64,000 bases of DNA from Candidatus Latescibacterota bacterium (GCA_965205975.1 OZ242195.1:1776643-1840642); one strand, 5' to 3'. Counted from the stretch's first letter, positions 17,474-27,956 are shown. Translations and numbers: made by a program. The notes: generated from the sequence alone by a model not told the origin.

Positions 17474-19554
17474 ACTTTTCCTACATCCTCCCTGATGAGA
17501 ATCAGATTACCCGTATCATCGACATGCAACACCCATCCGGGCGGCAATACCGTCGTGGATTCAACTTCCTCGACAATAGCGGGACCTTGCAAAACAGCCC
17601 CCTTTCCGAGCTTGTCTCGCCTGTAAACCGCGGTCTCGTATTTCCCTTTCGAAAAAAGAACGTCGCGCTGGCCCTCAACCTCCTGACCACCTATGTCCCC
17701 AACAGACGCAACATCGCAAATTTCCGGCTCTGGCCCCGAAACCGTCACGCGCCAGTGGATGGCCTCAACGGGAACCCCATCGCACAGACGCCTGTATAAT
17801 TTTTTATAAGACGCATCAAAAGCTGCTTGAAGCGCGTCATCGGAACTTTCAATCAACTCTCCCAAAGGCACGGGAACGCTTATCTCGTGCCCCTGCCCCA
17901 CATATCGCATGTCAGCCGTGCGCACCACGCGAATCTCAGAATCATCGATCCCAGCCTCTCGCATGAGCGCGCGTCCCTCGTCTTCCATCTCGCCATAGAG
18001 CTTATTGACAACCTCGCGATCCAATGCGGCAATCCGCGACACAAAACTCCGCACATAATCAAAAGCAATGGGCGCGAGCATCAAACCAAAAGCCGACCCA
18101 ACACCCGCAGCCGGCGGCACAATTACCCGGTCAATCCCCAAACGCATCGCAACGCCGCATGCGTGTACAGGCCCGGCTCCACCCGTTGCGACAAGCGCGT
18201 ACCCATTCAAATCAATCCCGCGCTCAGCAGCGTGAACCCGCGCGGCATTGGCCATATTTTCATTCACCAAATCGTGAATTCCCTGTGCGGCACGCACGCG
18301 ATCCAATCCGGTAAAACGCGCAAATTCATCAACCGCATCCGCAGCGCGCCCCGCACTTAGCTCCATCTGTCCCCCCAAAAAATACCCGGCATTCAAATAG
18401 CCCAACAAAAGATCGGCATCCGTCACCGTAGGCAACTGCCCCCCGCGCGCATAACAAGCAGGACCGGGATCTGCCCCCGCACTTTGCGGCCCAACCGTGG
18501 GCAAACCCAATTCACTCGCCTGCGCGATACTGCCCCCACCTGCTCCAATCTCGATCATATCGAGCACGGGCACAAGCAGGGGTAAGCCACTACCGCGCTT
18601 GAAGCGATAAACCCTTGCTACTTCTGATTCAGTCGTAATAGGAAACGCCCCATTTTCGCTCAAAATGGCCTTTGCCGTCGTGCCCCCCATATCAAATGCG
18701 AGAATCTGCCGATATCCCGACCGATTGCCATAATGCGCCGCGGCAAGCGCGCCGCCACATGGACCGGATTCTACGAGACGCACGGGAAAACGCACCGCGG
18801 TCTGCACAGAACACGACCCGCCGTTTGAAAGCATAATATGCAGCGGTGCCAAAATCCCCAGTGCCTTTAATCCATCTTCTAAACGCGCGAGATATTTTTC
18901 CACCATAGGCTGCACATAAGCATTTGCCACAGTCGTGGAAGTGCGCTCAAATTCTCGAAGTTCGGCGGCAACCCTGTGCGAAACCGAAATGCCTACATCG
19001 GGCATAAGAGAACGCACAATTTCCTCTGCACGACGCTCGTGGTCGGGATTGACATAAGCGTGTAAAAATACAATGGCGACTGCATCCACCTCGGCTTCGC
19101 GCAACACCTCGCAGGCTTTGACCACATCATCTTCGTTTAAAGGCGTCATCACCTCGCCACGCGCGTACAGCCGCTCCCGCACCTCAACGCGCAACCGCCT
19201 CTCAACGAGAGGCTCGGGCAATTTCAAAAACAAATCGTATATATCGTAACGCCCCTCCCGCCCAATCTCCAGCGCATCTCGAAAACCCGCCGTCGCAATC
19301 AGCCCGGTCTTAGCCCCCCTGCGCTCAATCAGGGCGTTTGTCACCAGTGTCGTGCCGTGAACCGCCCGGGAAATCGCGCCGGGCGACACCCCATTGAGCA
19401 CCTCTTTTACACCTTCCAGCACACTGACCGAAGGATCTGGAGACTGCGTCAACACCTTCGCCACAGACAAAATACCCGAAGTATGTGCTCTCAACACAAC
19501 ATCTGTAAACGTACCGCCGATATCTATTGCAAGTGTGTATGACTCCTCACTCAC
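17458..19554 (-). CDS. hyuA: hydantoinase/oxoprolinase family protein (A subunit)
   Basis: 698 aa. N-terminal IDIGGTFTDV ASKHA-type motif and a second GGGS region. GTG start with AAGGAG 7 nt upstream. The last codons (RIDE*) lie in the octamer repeat. Confidence 0.85.
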   Translation of the reverse strand: MSEESYTLAIDIGGTFTDVVLRAHTSGILSVAKVLTQSPDPSVSVLEGVKEVLNGVSPGAISRAVHGTTLVTNALIERRGAKTGLIATAGFRDALEIGREGRYDIYDLFLKLPEPLVERRLRVEVRERLYARGEVMTPLNEDDVVKACEVLREAEVDAVAIVFLHAYVNPDHERRAEEIVRSLMPDVGISVSHRVAAELREFERTSTTVANAYVQPMVEKYLARLEDGLKALGILAPLHIMLSNGGSCSVQTAVRFPVRLVESGPCGGALAAAHYGNRSGYRQILAFDMGGTTAKAILSENGAFPITTESEVARVYRFKRGSGLPLLVPVLDMIEIGAGGGSIAQASELGLPTVGPQSAGADPGPACYARGGQLPTVTDADLLLGYLNAGYFLGGQMELSAGRAADAVDEFARFTGLDRVRAAQGIHDLVNENMANAARVHAAERGIDLNGYALVATGGAGPVHACGVAMRLGIDRVIVPPAAGVGSAFGLMLAPIAFDYVRSFVSRIAALDREVVNKLYGEMEDEGRALMREAGIDDSEIRVVRTADMRYVGQGHEISVPVPLGELIESSDDALQAAFDASYKKLYRRLCDGVPVEAIHWRVTVSGPEPEICDVASVGDIGGQEVEGQRDVLFSKGKYETAVYRRDKLGKGAVLQGPAIVEEVESTTVLPPGWVLHVDDTGNLILIREDVGKVRIDE

Positions 19555-19633
19555 CCTAATCTCCTTGTGTATTTATTTTTTTTCATTTCAAAAATAAAGA
19601 ACAGTTCCTTTACCAACAAAGGCAAAAATGACC

Positions 19634-19662
19634 TTGACAAGCCATGATCCTTTTTGTAATTT
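19634..19662 (+). promoter_or_regulatory. candidate sigma70-type promoter for tRNA-Gly
   Basis: TTGACA (19634-39), 17-nt spacer, TAATTT (19657-62), about 18 nt upstream of the mature tRNA 5' end. Confidence 0.4.
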
Positions 19663-19679
19663 TTGGTTCCTCATAATGA

Positions 19680-19756
19680 GCGGGAATAGCTCAGCTGGCT
19701 AGAGCATCTGCTTGCCATGCAGAAGGTCGCGGGTTCGAATCCCGTTTCCCGCTCCA
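19680..19756 (+). tRNA. tRNA-Gly (anticodon GCC), CCA encoded
   Basis: Cloverleaf read by hand. Acceptor GCGGGAA/TTCCCGC, D stem GCTC/GAGC, anticodon stem TCTGC/GCAGA with loop TTGCCAT (GCC at 19714-16), T arm GCGGG-TTCGAAT-CCCGT, then TCCA. Confidence 0.9.
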
Positions 19757-19763
19757 TTAACTC

Positions 19764-19790
19764 AACCCGTTAAATTAACGGGTTTTTTTT
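19764..19790 (+). terminator. rho-independent terminator after tRNA-Gly
   Basis: AACCCGTTAA-AT-TTAACGGGTT hairpin followed by the T-run through 19790. Confidence 0.75.
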
Positions 19791-19804
19791 GTGGAGCAAA
19801 CCGC

Positions 19805-20944
19805 TTGTCGTCAGCCTTTGCCCGAGAAATAGCCAACCTGCGCCTGCCTGTGCTTGCCCTTTGGGCACCTGGACCGCACATGCTCACCCCGGCGGTCCGC
19901 AGGGTTTTGCAAACATATCAGGCGACCTATTCTCACCGATCCACTGCATTTCAAGCCCGCTACCAAAAAACCGTGGATTTGCTGCGCGAGGTCTTTCAAA
20001 TTCCGCGCGGATTTACCCCGCTCATCTTCGGCCACACCGGCAGCTACAACTGGGAAATGGTCGTCACCAACACGCCTTGCAATAGTGCAACATTGGGCAT
20101 GGACATCGGTGCTTTTTCAAAAAAATGGGCACAGGTTTTCACAAGTCACGGACGCGACATCGACATCTTAAAAGCAGCCTGGGGCGACGGCATCTGCGCT
20201 CGGACCTGGTCCAACGCCATTGCAAAAAACTACGACCTCACCCTTTTGACCCACAACGAAACATCTACCGGTGTTATGCTGCCCATTCAGGAAATGTGTG
20301 ACACCATCCGCAACACATCTCCCAAAACCCTGATTGCCATCGACGCAGTCAGCATAGCAGGGGCATCAGATACACCAATTGAGGCCCTGCGCCCCGACTA
20401 CTATCTCTGGAGCCTGCAAAAAGACTTCGCGTGTCCCACCATCGGCTCTGTCATGATTGTATCAGACCGCGCGTTTGACATCGCAGCCAACACGCCAAAC
20501 CGCGGTTATGTCCTCGACTTAATCGAATGGCGAACGCGCGCAAAAACAGCCCAAACCCCGATGACCGTAGCCGACCTGACCTTACAATGCCTGAGTGCGC
20601 GTCTCGAAGAAATGAAACGAGAAGGCGACCAGCGCTTCAAACGCCACCAGAGCCTCGTCCGCATGCAACGCGAATGGGCAAAAAAACACGACCTGAATCT
20701 CATCGCCAAACCGGGATACGAGAGCCTGACCGTAAATGCCATCCTCTTACCAGACCACATCTCGGGTTCCGATTTCGTCGATCACGCAAAAAAATTGCTC
20801 AATGTTCAACTCGCCCCGGGCTATGGCGATACCAAAGACAAAGCTTTTCGCATTGCAGCTATGGGCCACACGTCAGAACGCGATATGCGGCGCGTACTCA
20901 AGGGCCTCTCGCTCATCCTCAACAACTGGTCAAAATTCGAGTAA
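19805..20944 (+). CDS. class V aminotransferase (serine-pyruvate/alanine-glyoxylate aminotransferase-like)
   Basis: N-terminal LWAPGPHMLTPAV (the PGP motif of fold-type I class V enzymes), HNETSTGV, and the SLQKD PLP-lysine region. The track start (TTG 19712) lies inside the tRNA. I use TTG 19805 (GGAG 8 nt upstream); GTG 19850 and ATG 19880 are alternatives. Confidence 0.75.
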   Translation: MSSAFAREIANLRLPVLALWAPGPHMLTPAVRRVLQTYQATYSHRSTAFQARYQKTVDLLREVFQIPRGFTPLIFGHTGSYNWEMVVTNTPCNSATLGMDIGAFSKKWAQVFTSHGRDIDILKAAWGDGICARTWSNAIAKNYDLTLLTHNETSTGVMLPIQEMCDTIRNTSPKTLIAIDAVSIAGASDTPIEALRPDYYLWSLQKDFACPTIGSVMIVSDRAFDIAANTPNRGYVLDLIEWRTRAKTAQTPMTVADLTLQCLSARLEEMKREGDQRFKRHQSLVRMQREWAKKHDLNLIAKPGYESLTVNAILLPDHISGSDFVDHAKKLLNVQLAPGYGDTKDKAFRIAAMGHTSERDMRRVLKGLSLILNNWSKFE

Positions 20945-20948
20945 TCCT

Positions 20949-21773
20949 ATGCAAACCCCCACCTCAATGATCTGTCCAGGCTGTGGGACCCTCATCAATA
21001 CCGATGAGAAACGATGTCCCCATTGCGGCGCTTATAATCCCAATCTCTGGGGTCTCGGTCCCGCGCTGAACCGACTTTTTGGCGGTCGCATCGATGTCCT
21101 CACCCTGATACCCACCGCGTGTATTGCCCTTTACGCAGTCAGTCTATTGCTCGACCTCGGCGCCGCGCTGTCTATGGGTGGTGGGCTTTTTGGCATGCTA
21201 AGCCCCGGTAATATCCCGCTAATCGTTCTCGGTATGACCCACGGCGAAGCACCCTGGTGGACAGTACTCACCGCGACATATCTCCACGGCAGCCTCCTCC
21301 ACATCCTGTTCAACGTCTTGTGGATCCGGCAACTCGGTCCCGAGGTCGGGCAGTTCTTTGGACCCGCGCGCTATTTTATCATCTACACCGTCGCAGGGGC
21401 TATCGGCTTTATCCTCTCCAATCTGATCTCAGGCTACCCAACCGTCGGTGCTTCAGGGGCTATTTTTGGACTTTTTGCCGCCATCATTGTATATGGCCGC
21501 AACCACAAAACGCAGATGATGTCACTCATGACGCGACAGATGTGGCAATGGGCCATCATGCTATTCGTCCTGGGCTTTCTCATGAGCGGCGTCAACAACT
21601 GGGCGCACCTGGGCGGTTTTATCGGCGGCTGGATCGCAGCACAAATCCTCGTCTCAAGTGCAGAATACCGCGAAGGACGCATCACCATTCTCATAGCCCT
21701 GCTCTGTCTTTTGCTCACTGTCCTCGGCTTTGTCCTCTCAATCTTAGAATACTTCCCACTCCTCTTGTCCTGA
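20949..21773 (+). CDS. rhomboid family intramembrane serine protease with N-terminal zinc ribbon
   Basis: CPGCG...CPHCG ribbon, then TM core with GASGAIFGLF (catalytic Ser) and HLGGFIGG (catalytic His). Starts 2 nt after the upstream stop. Confidence 0.85.
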   Translation: MQTPTSMICPGCGTLINTDEKRCPHCGAYNPNLWGLGPALNRLFGGRIDVLTLIPTACIALYAVSLLLDLGAALSMGGGLFGMLSPGNIPLIVLGMTHGEAPWWTVLTATYLHGSLLHILFNVLWIRQLGPEVGQFFGPARYFIIYTVAGAIGFILSNLISGYPTVGASGAIFGLFAAIIVYGRNHKTQMMSLMTRQMWQWAIMLFVLGFLMSGVNNWAHLGGFIGGWIAAQILVSSAEYREGRITILIALLCLLLTVLGFVLSILEYFPLLLS

Positions 21774-21780
21774 CACAGGC

Positions 21781-23388
21781 CTATCCCCCCAATCGTACAT
21801 CCACAGGCTCAGGGATCCAAGAAGCAGTAATACCCAGATCACTGTGAATAACCTGTGCTGCATTATACCCCGGCAACCCAGTCACATTACCGCCGGGATG
21901 GCAGCACGCCCCGCAAAGATACAGCCCCTCAAAACATCCCCGATAATGCCCTGCACCGGGAAAGGGGCGGTTATACCCCGTCTGCCCATTTGTAAACGCA
22001 CCCACGAGCAAATCCCCCTCCCGCATATTGGGCAATGCGCGTTCAACATCCAGAGGACTGCGAACAAAAGAATCGATCACACAATCCTTCAAATTGGGCG
22101 CGTATTCAGACCACATATCCAGCATATCGCGACCAACCGCATCCCGCTGGCGATCCCAGTTTGCAGAATCACCATACAGGTGAAATGGCAACTTCTGCCA
22201 CATAAACGCCGTGTGTTTTCCCAAAGGAGCCTGTGTGGCGTCAAAATGCGTTGGACACGCGCCCCACATCACAGTCGGCGGAATCGTCCCCTTCTCGTGA
22301 TGGGCAACAATATCCACATATTGATCCGCGTGTTCCAGCCCCAGAATAACCATCAGCGCATCCGCCACTTCCGGATGTTTTTCCAAAGCCCGATAACGCG
22401 GCGATTCATTCAAATTCAAATGGAGCGCGAACAGCGGAGCCAGCTCATTGTACTGAAATTTTTCGACCCGGTTTTGCCAGGTTTTGGGCAACGCCTCGCG
22501 GTCAATCAAATCGAGAAAGGTCTGATGGGGATTCAGACTGGACACAACCACAGGTGCTTTGATATACTTGCCATCCACCGTTTCAACACCTCTAACACAA
22601 TTATCCTCCACCACAATGCGCCCGGGTTCGGTTTGCAACCAGATCTCCCCACCCATATCAGAAATAGCAGCAATTAGTGCGCGCGCCAGCCCGGCTGCCC
22701 CGCCCACACACATCTGCGCTTTCCCCTTGCTCGCCAGCAAAGCCGGTATATGGTGTCCAAACCCCGTGGCGCGCAAATCCACTTCGCGCAGCCCATTGAA
22801 AAACAACAACCCGGCTCGAATAACCGGGTGTTCAAATTCCCGATTCACAAACTCGTGCGGAGAAAGCGTACTGACATCGAGCAACATCTTCCCCTCTCGA
22901 GTCTGCGACAGAATCTCTTGCCTCTGTTCTTGCGGCAAAGGTGGCGCCTGCGCCTCTACAGACAGAATATTTCGTACAACAGGATCAAACGCATCGCGCC
23001 ATCGCCGAAGTGTCTGTGCATCCCTCTTGCTAAACCGCGCAAAACTATCTTCCGTGCGTTCAAAATCTGTGTACCATTTCAGCACATCGCCATTTCGCAG
23101 CACAAGCGCCACATTCAGTTCGGGTTCAATATAGCGCGCGCCATACCGTTCCAGATGCAAATCGCCAAACCACGGCATTTGCGTGATAGCGCGATGAAAA
23201 AAAGAATGCGTATTGTGCAAAAAACCCGGATAACGGGGGTCTTCAACAGTCGCCAGCCCGCCTCCGGGTTTATCCGATCGCTCCAGACAAATCACATTGA
23301 GTCCTGCGCGACACAAATACGCCTGCAAAATGAGGCCATTGTGCCCGGCACCCAGCACAATCGCATCAGTCGTTATATCCTCTCCCAT
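21781..23388 (-). CDS. FAD-dependent oxidoreductase, phytoene desaturase (CrtI)-like family
   Basis: N-terminal dinucleotide fold IVLGAGHNGLILQAYLCRAGLNVICLERSDKPGGG. CrtI-like length and C-terminal GGNVTGLPG. Confidence 0.75.
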   Translation of the reverse strand: MGEDITTDAIVLGAGHNGLILQAYLCRAGLNVICLERSDKPGGGLATVEDPRYPGFLHNTHSFFHRAITQMPWFGDLHLERYGARYIEPELNVALVLRNGDVLKWYTDFERTEDSFARFSKRDAQTLRRWRDAFDPVVRNILSVEAQAPPLPQEQRQEILSQTREGKMLLDVSTLSPHEFVNREFEHPVIRAGLLFFNGLREVDLRATGFGHHIPALLASKGKAQMCVGGAAGLARALIAAISDMGGEIWLQTEPGRIVVEDNCVRGVETVDGKYIKAPVVVSSLNPHQTFLDLIDREALPKTWQNRVEKFQYNELAPLFALHLNLNESPRYRALEKHPEVADALMVILGLEHADQYVDIVAHHEKGTIPPTVMWGACPTHFDATQAPLGKHTAFMWQKLPFHLYGDSANWDRQRDAVGRDMLDMWSEYAPNLKDCVIDSFVRSPLDVERALPNMREGDLLVGAFTNGQTGYNRPFPGAGHYRGCFEGLYLCGACCHPGGNVTGLPGYNAAQVIHSDLGITASWIPEPVDVRLGG

Positions 23389-23391
23389 ATC

Positions 23392-24210
23392 TCACCAGTA
23401 GCGTTCTATATGTATCTGCCCGGGATCTCTCCGCTTGTGCTCCTTAAAGCCCTCTGAAATCAAAATTTCTGTCACATCATCGCACATATAGGGATTACCA
23501 CATACAAACACATGCGTATCTTCCGGTGTGGGATGCCCACCCCAAACCTCATCGAGCGGGCCATCTGTCCACAAATTCTGCACATAGCCCGTATATCCGC
23601 TCCACGCCACATGCTCATTTGCCGGACGGCTAATCTGGGGGATATAAATAAAATTAGCGCATAAATCTTGCATCATCTCCAACTCTGACCGATATCCCAA
23701 ATCCCAAGAATGTCGCGCCCCGTGCAACACCACAAATCGCCGCTCTGTGTTTTCCTTCAAATAAGTCCGCAGCATACTCATATAAGGCGCCAATCCCGTG
23801 CCCGTCGCCACCATCACGACATTTTTATTTGGCGGAACATCTTGCAGCGTAAACATACCCGTTATTTTTGGTCCCAACCAGAGGCGGTCGCCAATTTCGA
23901 GCGCGAATAATCTGGGCGTCAACGCCCCCGACCTCACCAGGGTAATATAAAACTCGAGGTACTCTGTTGCCACCGAAGAAGATGCAATAGAATACGCCCG
24001 CCGGATCAAACCTCTCTGTGGCTTCTCATAATCTTCGACAGGATCTGAATACTCGGTGCGGGATGCCTCGGGAGGCAATCCGATCACGCCAAATTGCCCA
24101 GCCTCAAAAGCTGGCAATTCCCATCCGTCGGGCACAACGCGAAGAATAATCAAATCGGGGGTCACTTCGAGGCGCTGTGTCACAACGGCATTGAGTTCAT
24201 CCTTCGGCAA
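23392..24210 (-). CDS. ferredoxin--NADP(+) reductase (Fpr-type)
   Basis: FAD motif RAYSIASS, NADP motif MVATGTGLAPYMSM, C-terminal aromatic (ERYW*). TTG start with AAGGAGG upstream. Confidence 0.8.
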   Translation of the reverse strand: MPKDELNAVVTQRLEVTPDLIILRVVPDGWELPAFEAGQFGVIGLPPEASRTEYSDPVEDYEKPQRGLIRRAYSIASSSVATEYLEFYITLVRSGALTPRLFALEIGDRLWLGPKITGMFTLQDVPPNKNVVMVATGTGLAPYMSMLRTYLKENTERRFVVLHGARHSWDLGYRSELEMMQDLCANFIYIPQISRPANEHVAWSGYTGYVQNLWTDGPLDEVWGGHPTPEDTHVFVCGNPYMCDDVTEILISEGFKEHKRRDPGQIHIERYW

Positions 24211-24220
24211 ACCACCCTCC

Positions 24221-25267
24221 TTAAGCTAAGTTTATACCAACTGCCTGTCCTGTTTCGCAAATCTGTCGCCAGGTCTCGTCATCTATATCTACACCACGCG
24301 CTTCTTTCTCACGCCGCATGCGCGCTTCCATCTCGCCTGGCATCAAAATTTCATCAAACCCGGGCGCGAGCCGGGCACTCTTCAAAAATTGCACAAAGGA
24401 TTGCATCTCATCGCGAAATTGATCTCGCCCGACAAAAGCCCCAATATCCAGCGCCATAATAAACACCCCATTGCCACCGGAAAGCCCGCCCTCGCGGCTA
24501 CAACCACCGCCACCGAGTGCGCCAGACAAAACATCAACCACCACGGAAAGCGCGTAGCCCTTATGCGCGGAAAGCCCGCCAAAAGGCAAAATAGCCCCTC
24601 TGGGTGGACCGTAGAACTTTGCCGGATCCGTCGTCGAATCACCTTCTGCATCAATAACCCATCCTTCGGGCAGCGATTCCCCCAAATTGCGCTTCACCCG
24701 GATTTTCCCTTCCGCAACAACACTCGTGGTCAAATCCACGACAATCGGAAAATCGCCCCCCGTGGGAATACCCACGGCAATGGGATTGGGCGACATGCGC
24801 GCGTCAATGCCGCCAAACGGATGCTGAAGCAATCCCCCGCCGTGATTATTGCACATCACAATGCCAATCATCTCGGCCTCGGCAGCGACCTCCACATATT
24901 CACCCAAACGCCCAATATGCCCGCTATTGAAAAGCTCGACCACCGCAACCGACCGCTGTTTTGCCTTCTCCATAGCCAGCGCCATAGCCTGATGGCAAAC
25001 GGTTTGCCCAAACCCCCAACCACCATCGACAACCGCCGAAGCATCGGCCTCGCGCACAACCGCGATCTCCTGCCCGGCCTGCACGCGCCCTTCCTCAAGT
25101 GCTTGAACGTACTGCACAAGCCGAATCACACCGTGAGAATCGTGTCCCATCAAATTGGACAACACCAGCGAATGCGCAATCTGACGCGCTTCTTTCGCGT
25201 CCAGACCCGCGCCTTCAAACACCTGTGTACAGGCCCCTTTGAGCCTCTCAACATCCAAAACAGGCAT
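24221..25267 (-). CDS. Ldh_2 family (malate/L-lactate/sulfolactate-type) dehydrogenase
   Basis: LMGHDSHGVIRL and NSGHIGRLGEY blocks typical of the Ldh_2 family. ATG 25267 with GAGGAGG upstream. Confidence 0.8.
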   Translation of the reverse strand: MPVLDVERLKGACTQVFEGAGLDAKEARQIAHSLVLSNLMGHDSHGVIRLVQYVQALEEGRVQAGQEIAVVREADASAVVDGGWGFGQTVCHQAMALAMEKAKQRSVAVVELFNSGHIGRLGEYVEVAAEAEMIGIVMCNNHGGGLLQHPFGGIDARMSPNPIAVGIPTGGDFPIVVDLTTSVVAEGKIRVKRNLGESLPEGWVIDAEGDSTTDPAKFYGPPRGAILPFGGLSAHKGYALSVVVDVLSGALGGGGCSREGGLSGGNGVFIMALDIGAFVGRDQFRDEMQSFVQFLKSARLAPGFDEILMPGEMEARMRREKEARGVDIDDETWRQICETGQAVGINLA

Positions 25268-25355
25268 ACGACACCCTCCTCGCCAGATCAGAATCGGGCC
25301 TAAATCTACCATTAACGGGCATAATGGTCAATAATTGAGTCTAACTACTCACCCC

Positions 25356-25742
25356 TCAAAGCATCTTTTCTTTGCGATGCACCAGTTGCACGCAAACGCC
25401 CCAGGGATCGCGCAACATCGCCAGCGTATCCCCTGCATCCGTGGGTTCGGGTTCCTGCACAACTGTTGCACCCGCGGCTTTCAAACGCGCAAAATCGGCC
25501 TCAATATCCTCCGTCGCATAAGCAAAATGCAGTGCCAGATGGTGCATCGAAGCATAATCTGGCGTCTCCACCTCTGGCTGATGATAAAGCTCGTACATCG
25601 TCTCCCCCTCCGAATCCGCCACAAACGTCATCTTGATAGGTGGCGGTCCCTGGCGCACAACGCGCATACCCAGATTATCGCAATACCACTTTGCAACCAC
25701 ATCGGGATCATCAACCACAAAAGCAATGTGTTCAACCTTCAT
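25356..25742 (-). CDS. VOC (glyoxalase/bleomycin-resistance/dioxygenase) family protein
   Basis: 128 aa. Paired beta-alpha-beta-beta-beta modules with H at the start (VEHIAFVV) and LHFAY...VQ E. Confidence 0.7.
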   Translation of the reverse strand: MKVEHIAFVVDDPDVVAKWYCDNLGMRVVRQGPPPIKMTFVADSEGETMYELYHQPEVETPDYASMHHLALHFAYATEDIEADFARLKAAGATVVQEPEPTDAGDTLAMLRDPWGVCVQLVHRKEKML

Positions 25743-25786
25743 CTCTTTCTCCTTATTAAAATGATGGGCAGATAACCGGGTCTGCC

Positions 25787-26800
25787 CTAACCCGTCATAC
25801 CTTCCAACTGCAATACATCGCTCAAATGACAGCGCACCGCCTGCCCTGGCGCGATCTCGCGTAATTCTGGAACTTCCTCCTTACACCGATCCTCAGCATA
25901 AGGACAGCGCGGATGAAACGCGCATCCCGAAGGCGTATCCCCGGGATCCGCCACCTCGCCAGAAAGTAAAACGCGCTTCTTCTTGCGTTTGGGATCTGGA
26001 TTGGGCACCGCCGACAAAAGTGCCTCGGTATAGGGATGCGCGGGACTTTGAAAAAGCTGATCAACCGGCGCCAATTCCACAACCTTACCCACATACATCA
26101 CAGCCACGCGGTCAGAAATATGGCGCACCACACTCAAATCGTGCGCGACAAACAAATACGTCAACCCGAACTGTTCTTGCAATTCCTGAAGCAAATTGAG
26201 CACCTGCGCCTGCACAGAGACATCCAGCGCGGAAACGGGTTCATCCGCCACGATCAACCTGGGATGCAATGCCAGTGCCCTCGCAATGCCAATACGCTGC
26301 CGCTGCCCCCCGCTAAAAGCGTGTGGATACCGCCGCAAAAAATGGGGATTCAACCCCACCTGAGCGAGCAATTCCCGCACGCGCGTCTCCCGCTCAAGAC
26401 GATCTGCAACTCCATTGACCAGCAACGGTTCACCAATAATATCGAGCACCGTCATACGCGGATTCAAGGAGGCATAAGGGTCTTGAAAAATCATCTGCAT
26501 ATCTCGGCGCAGAGACTTGAGCACATCATGAGGTGCCTGTGCAACATTGACCTCCTCACTGTCTCTGCGGAACCACACCTCGCCAGCCGTGGGAGCTATC
26601 GCCCGCAAAATCGTGCGCCCAACCGTTGTTTTACCCGATCCGCTTTCCCCAACCAGCCCCAGGCACTCCCCTTCAAACAAATCAAAACTCACGCCATCTA
26701 CGGCCTTGACCTGACCGACAACCGTATTAAAAAAACCGCGCGTAATGGGAAAATACTTTCTCAAATCGCGCACCCGCAACAGGGCGTTCTGTTCACGCAT
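25787..26800 (-). CDS. peptide ABC transporter ATP-binding protein (OppF/DppF-like)
   Basis: Walker [18 protein letters not shown], Walker [13 protein letters not shown]-terminal oligopeptide-type extension with a Cys cluster. ATG 26800 overlaps the upstream stop by 8 nt (ATGCGTGA). Confidence 0.85.
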   Translation of the reverse strand: MREQNALLRVRDLRKYFPITRGFFNTVVGQVKAVDGVSFDLFEGECLGLVGESGSGKTTVGRTILRAIAPTAGEVWFRRDSEEVNVAQAPHDVLKSLRRDMQMIFQDPYASLNPRMTVLDIIGEPLLVNGVADRLERETRVRELLAQVGLNPHFLRRYPHAFSGGQRQRIGIARALALHPRLIVADEPVSALDVSVQAQVLNLLQELQEQFGLTYLFVAHDLSVVRHISDRVAVMYVGKVVELAPVDQLFQSPAHPYTEALLSAVPNPDPKRKKKRVLLSGEVADPGDTPSGCAFHPRCPYAEDRCKEEVPELREIAPGQAVRCHLSDVLQLEGMTG

Positions 26801-27800
26801 CGCGCACATCCTCTCCATAGAGCACACACGCAACCCCATGCCCATCCTCAACAGCGAACAATTCTGGCCTATCGCCCGCATTGCACACCCCGTCCTGCGC
26901 CACGTCACATCGCGGATGGAAAGGACACCCCTGCAATTGCGTATAGGGATTGGGCACGGACCCCCTGATCGTTTGCAACCGCGTCTTTCTCGCCTGACTC
27001 ATTCCTGGGATAGACTGCATCAGCGCCTGCGTATAGGGGTGTTTGGGATTTTCAAAAATCTCCTCTGTCGCCGCGTGTTCCACAATGCGCCCCATATACA
27101 TCACCGCAACCTCATCTGCCATTTCTGCAACCACGCCCAAATCGTGTGTAATCAGCATAATCGACATCTGAAATTCGTCTTGCAAATCGCGCATCAAATC
27201 CAGTATCTGCGCCTGAATGGTGACATCTAATGCCGTCGTGGGTTCATCGGCAATCAACAGCGACGGACGGCACGAAAGCGCCATGGCAATCATCACGCGC
27301 TGTCGCATCCCACCGCTCATCTCGTGCGGATATTGTGCAAACCGTCGATCCGCATCTGGAATCCCAACCCGATCCAGCATATTTACGGCGAGTGACCGCG
27401 CTTCTTCACCCCGCAAATCGAGATGCAGCCGAATCGCCTCAACAATTTGAAATCCCACCGTATGCACCGGACTCAGCGACGTCATCGGCTCCTGAAAAAT
27501 CATCGCAATCTCATGCCCGCGAATCGCGCGAATATCCTCGCCCTCCTCGTCCAGATCCGTCAAATAAATCTCGCGGTCTGGACGGTGCAAAACAATCTCA
27601 CCCGCCACAATCCGCCCGGGCGATGACACCAGGCGCAAAGCCGAAAAAGCCGTCACGCTCTTCCCGCACCCACTCTCCCCCACAATCCCCACCGTCTTCC
27701 CCCGGGGAATATCCATCGTCACACCATCCACTGCGCGAACCGTTCCCTCATCGAGAAAAAAGTGCGTCTTCAAATTATTTATGGTCAACACATTGTCCAA
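26793..27800 (-). CDS. peptide ABC transporter ATP-binding protein (OppD/DppD-like)
   Basis: Walker [28 protein letters not shown] and the OppD-type C-terminal domain. The track start is TTG 27800; GTG 27791 is an alternative. Confidence 0.85.
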   Translation of the reverse strand: MDNVLTINNLKTHFFLDEGTVRAVDGVTMDIPRGKTVGIVGESGCGKSVTAFSALRLVSSPGRIVAGEIVLHRPDREIYLTDLDEEGEDIRAIRGHEIAMIFQEPMTSLSPVHTVGFQIVEAIRLHLDLRGEEARSLAVNMLDRVGIPDADRRFAQYPHEMSGGMRQRVMIAMALSCRPSLLIADEPTTALDVTIQAQILDLMRDLQDEFQMSIMLITHDLGVVAEMADEVAVMYMGRIVEHAATEEIFENPKHPYTQALMQSIPGMSQARKTRLQTIRGSVPNPYTQLQGCPFHPRCDVAQDGVCNAGDRPELFAVEDGHGVACVLYGEDVRDA

Positions 27801-27814
27801 ATCACACGGCTCCC

Positions 27815-27956
27815 TTTGCCCGCGCTATGAATCCCTTTGCACCCTTCTAAACCGACCCCCTTGCTCTCTATCTTGCTCTCTTTGCTCTTTAGACCGAGAG
27901 TATGATGACCTGCGTCTTGGTCTTTTTGCCCGCGCTATAAACGCCTTTGCACCCTC
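27815..27956. repeat. 32-bp imperfect direct repeat pair (27815-27846 / 27925-27956) bracketing a ~78-bp segment rich in TTGCTCTCT-type short repeats
   Basis: tttgcccgcgctat[g/a]aa[tc/cg]cctttgcaccct occurs twice. The segment between contains cttgctctct...cttgctctct...tgctcttt. Confidence 0.8.

Noticed and set aside
19680-19790. tRNA-Gly as an integration site for a genomic island
   Set aside because: No integrase, no direct repeat of the tRNA 3' end and no composition shift are seen downstream. The following genes are ordinary housekeeping genes.
19712-19804. Track ORF start (TTG 19712) for the aminotransferase
   Set aside because: It lies inside tRNA-Gly and reads through the tRNA terminator. 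The real start must be downstream (TTG 19805, GTG 19850 or ATG 19880).
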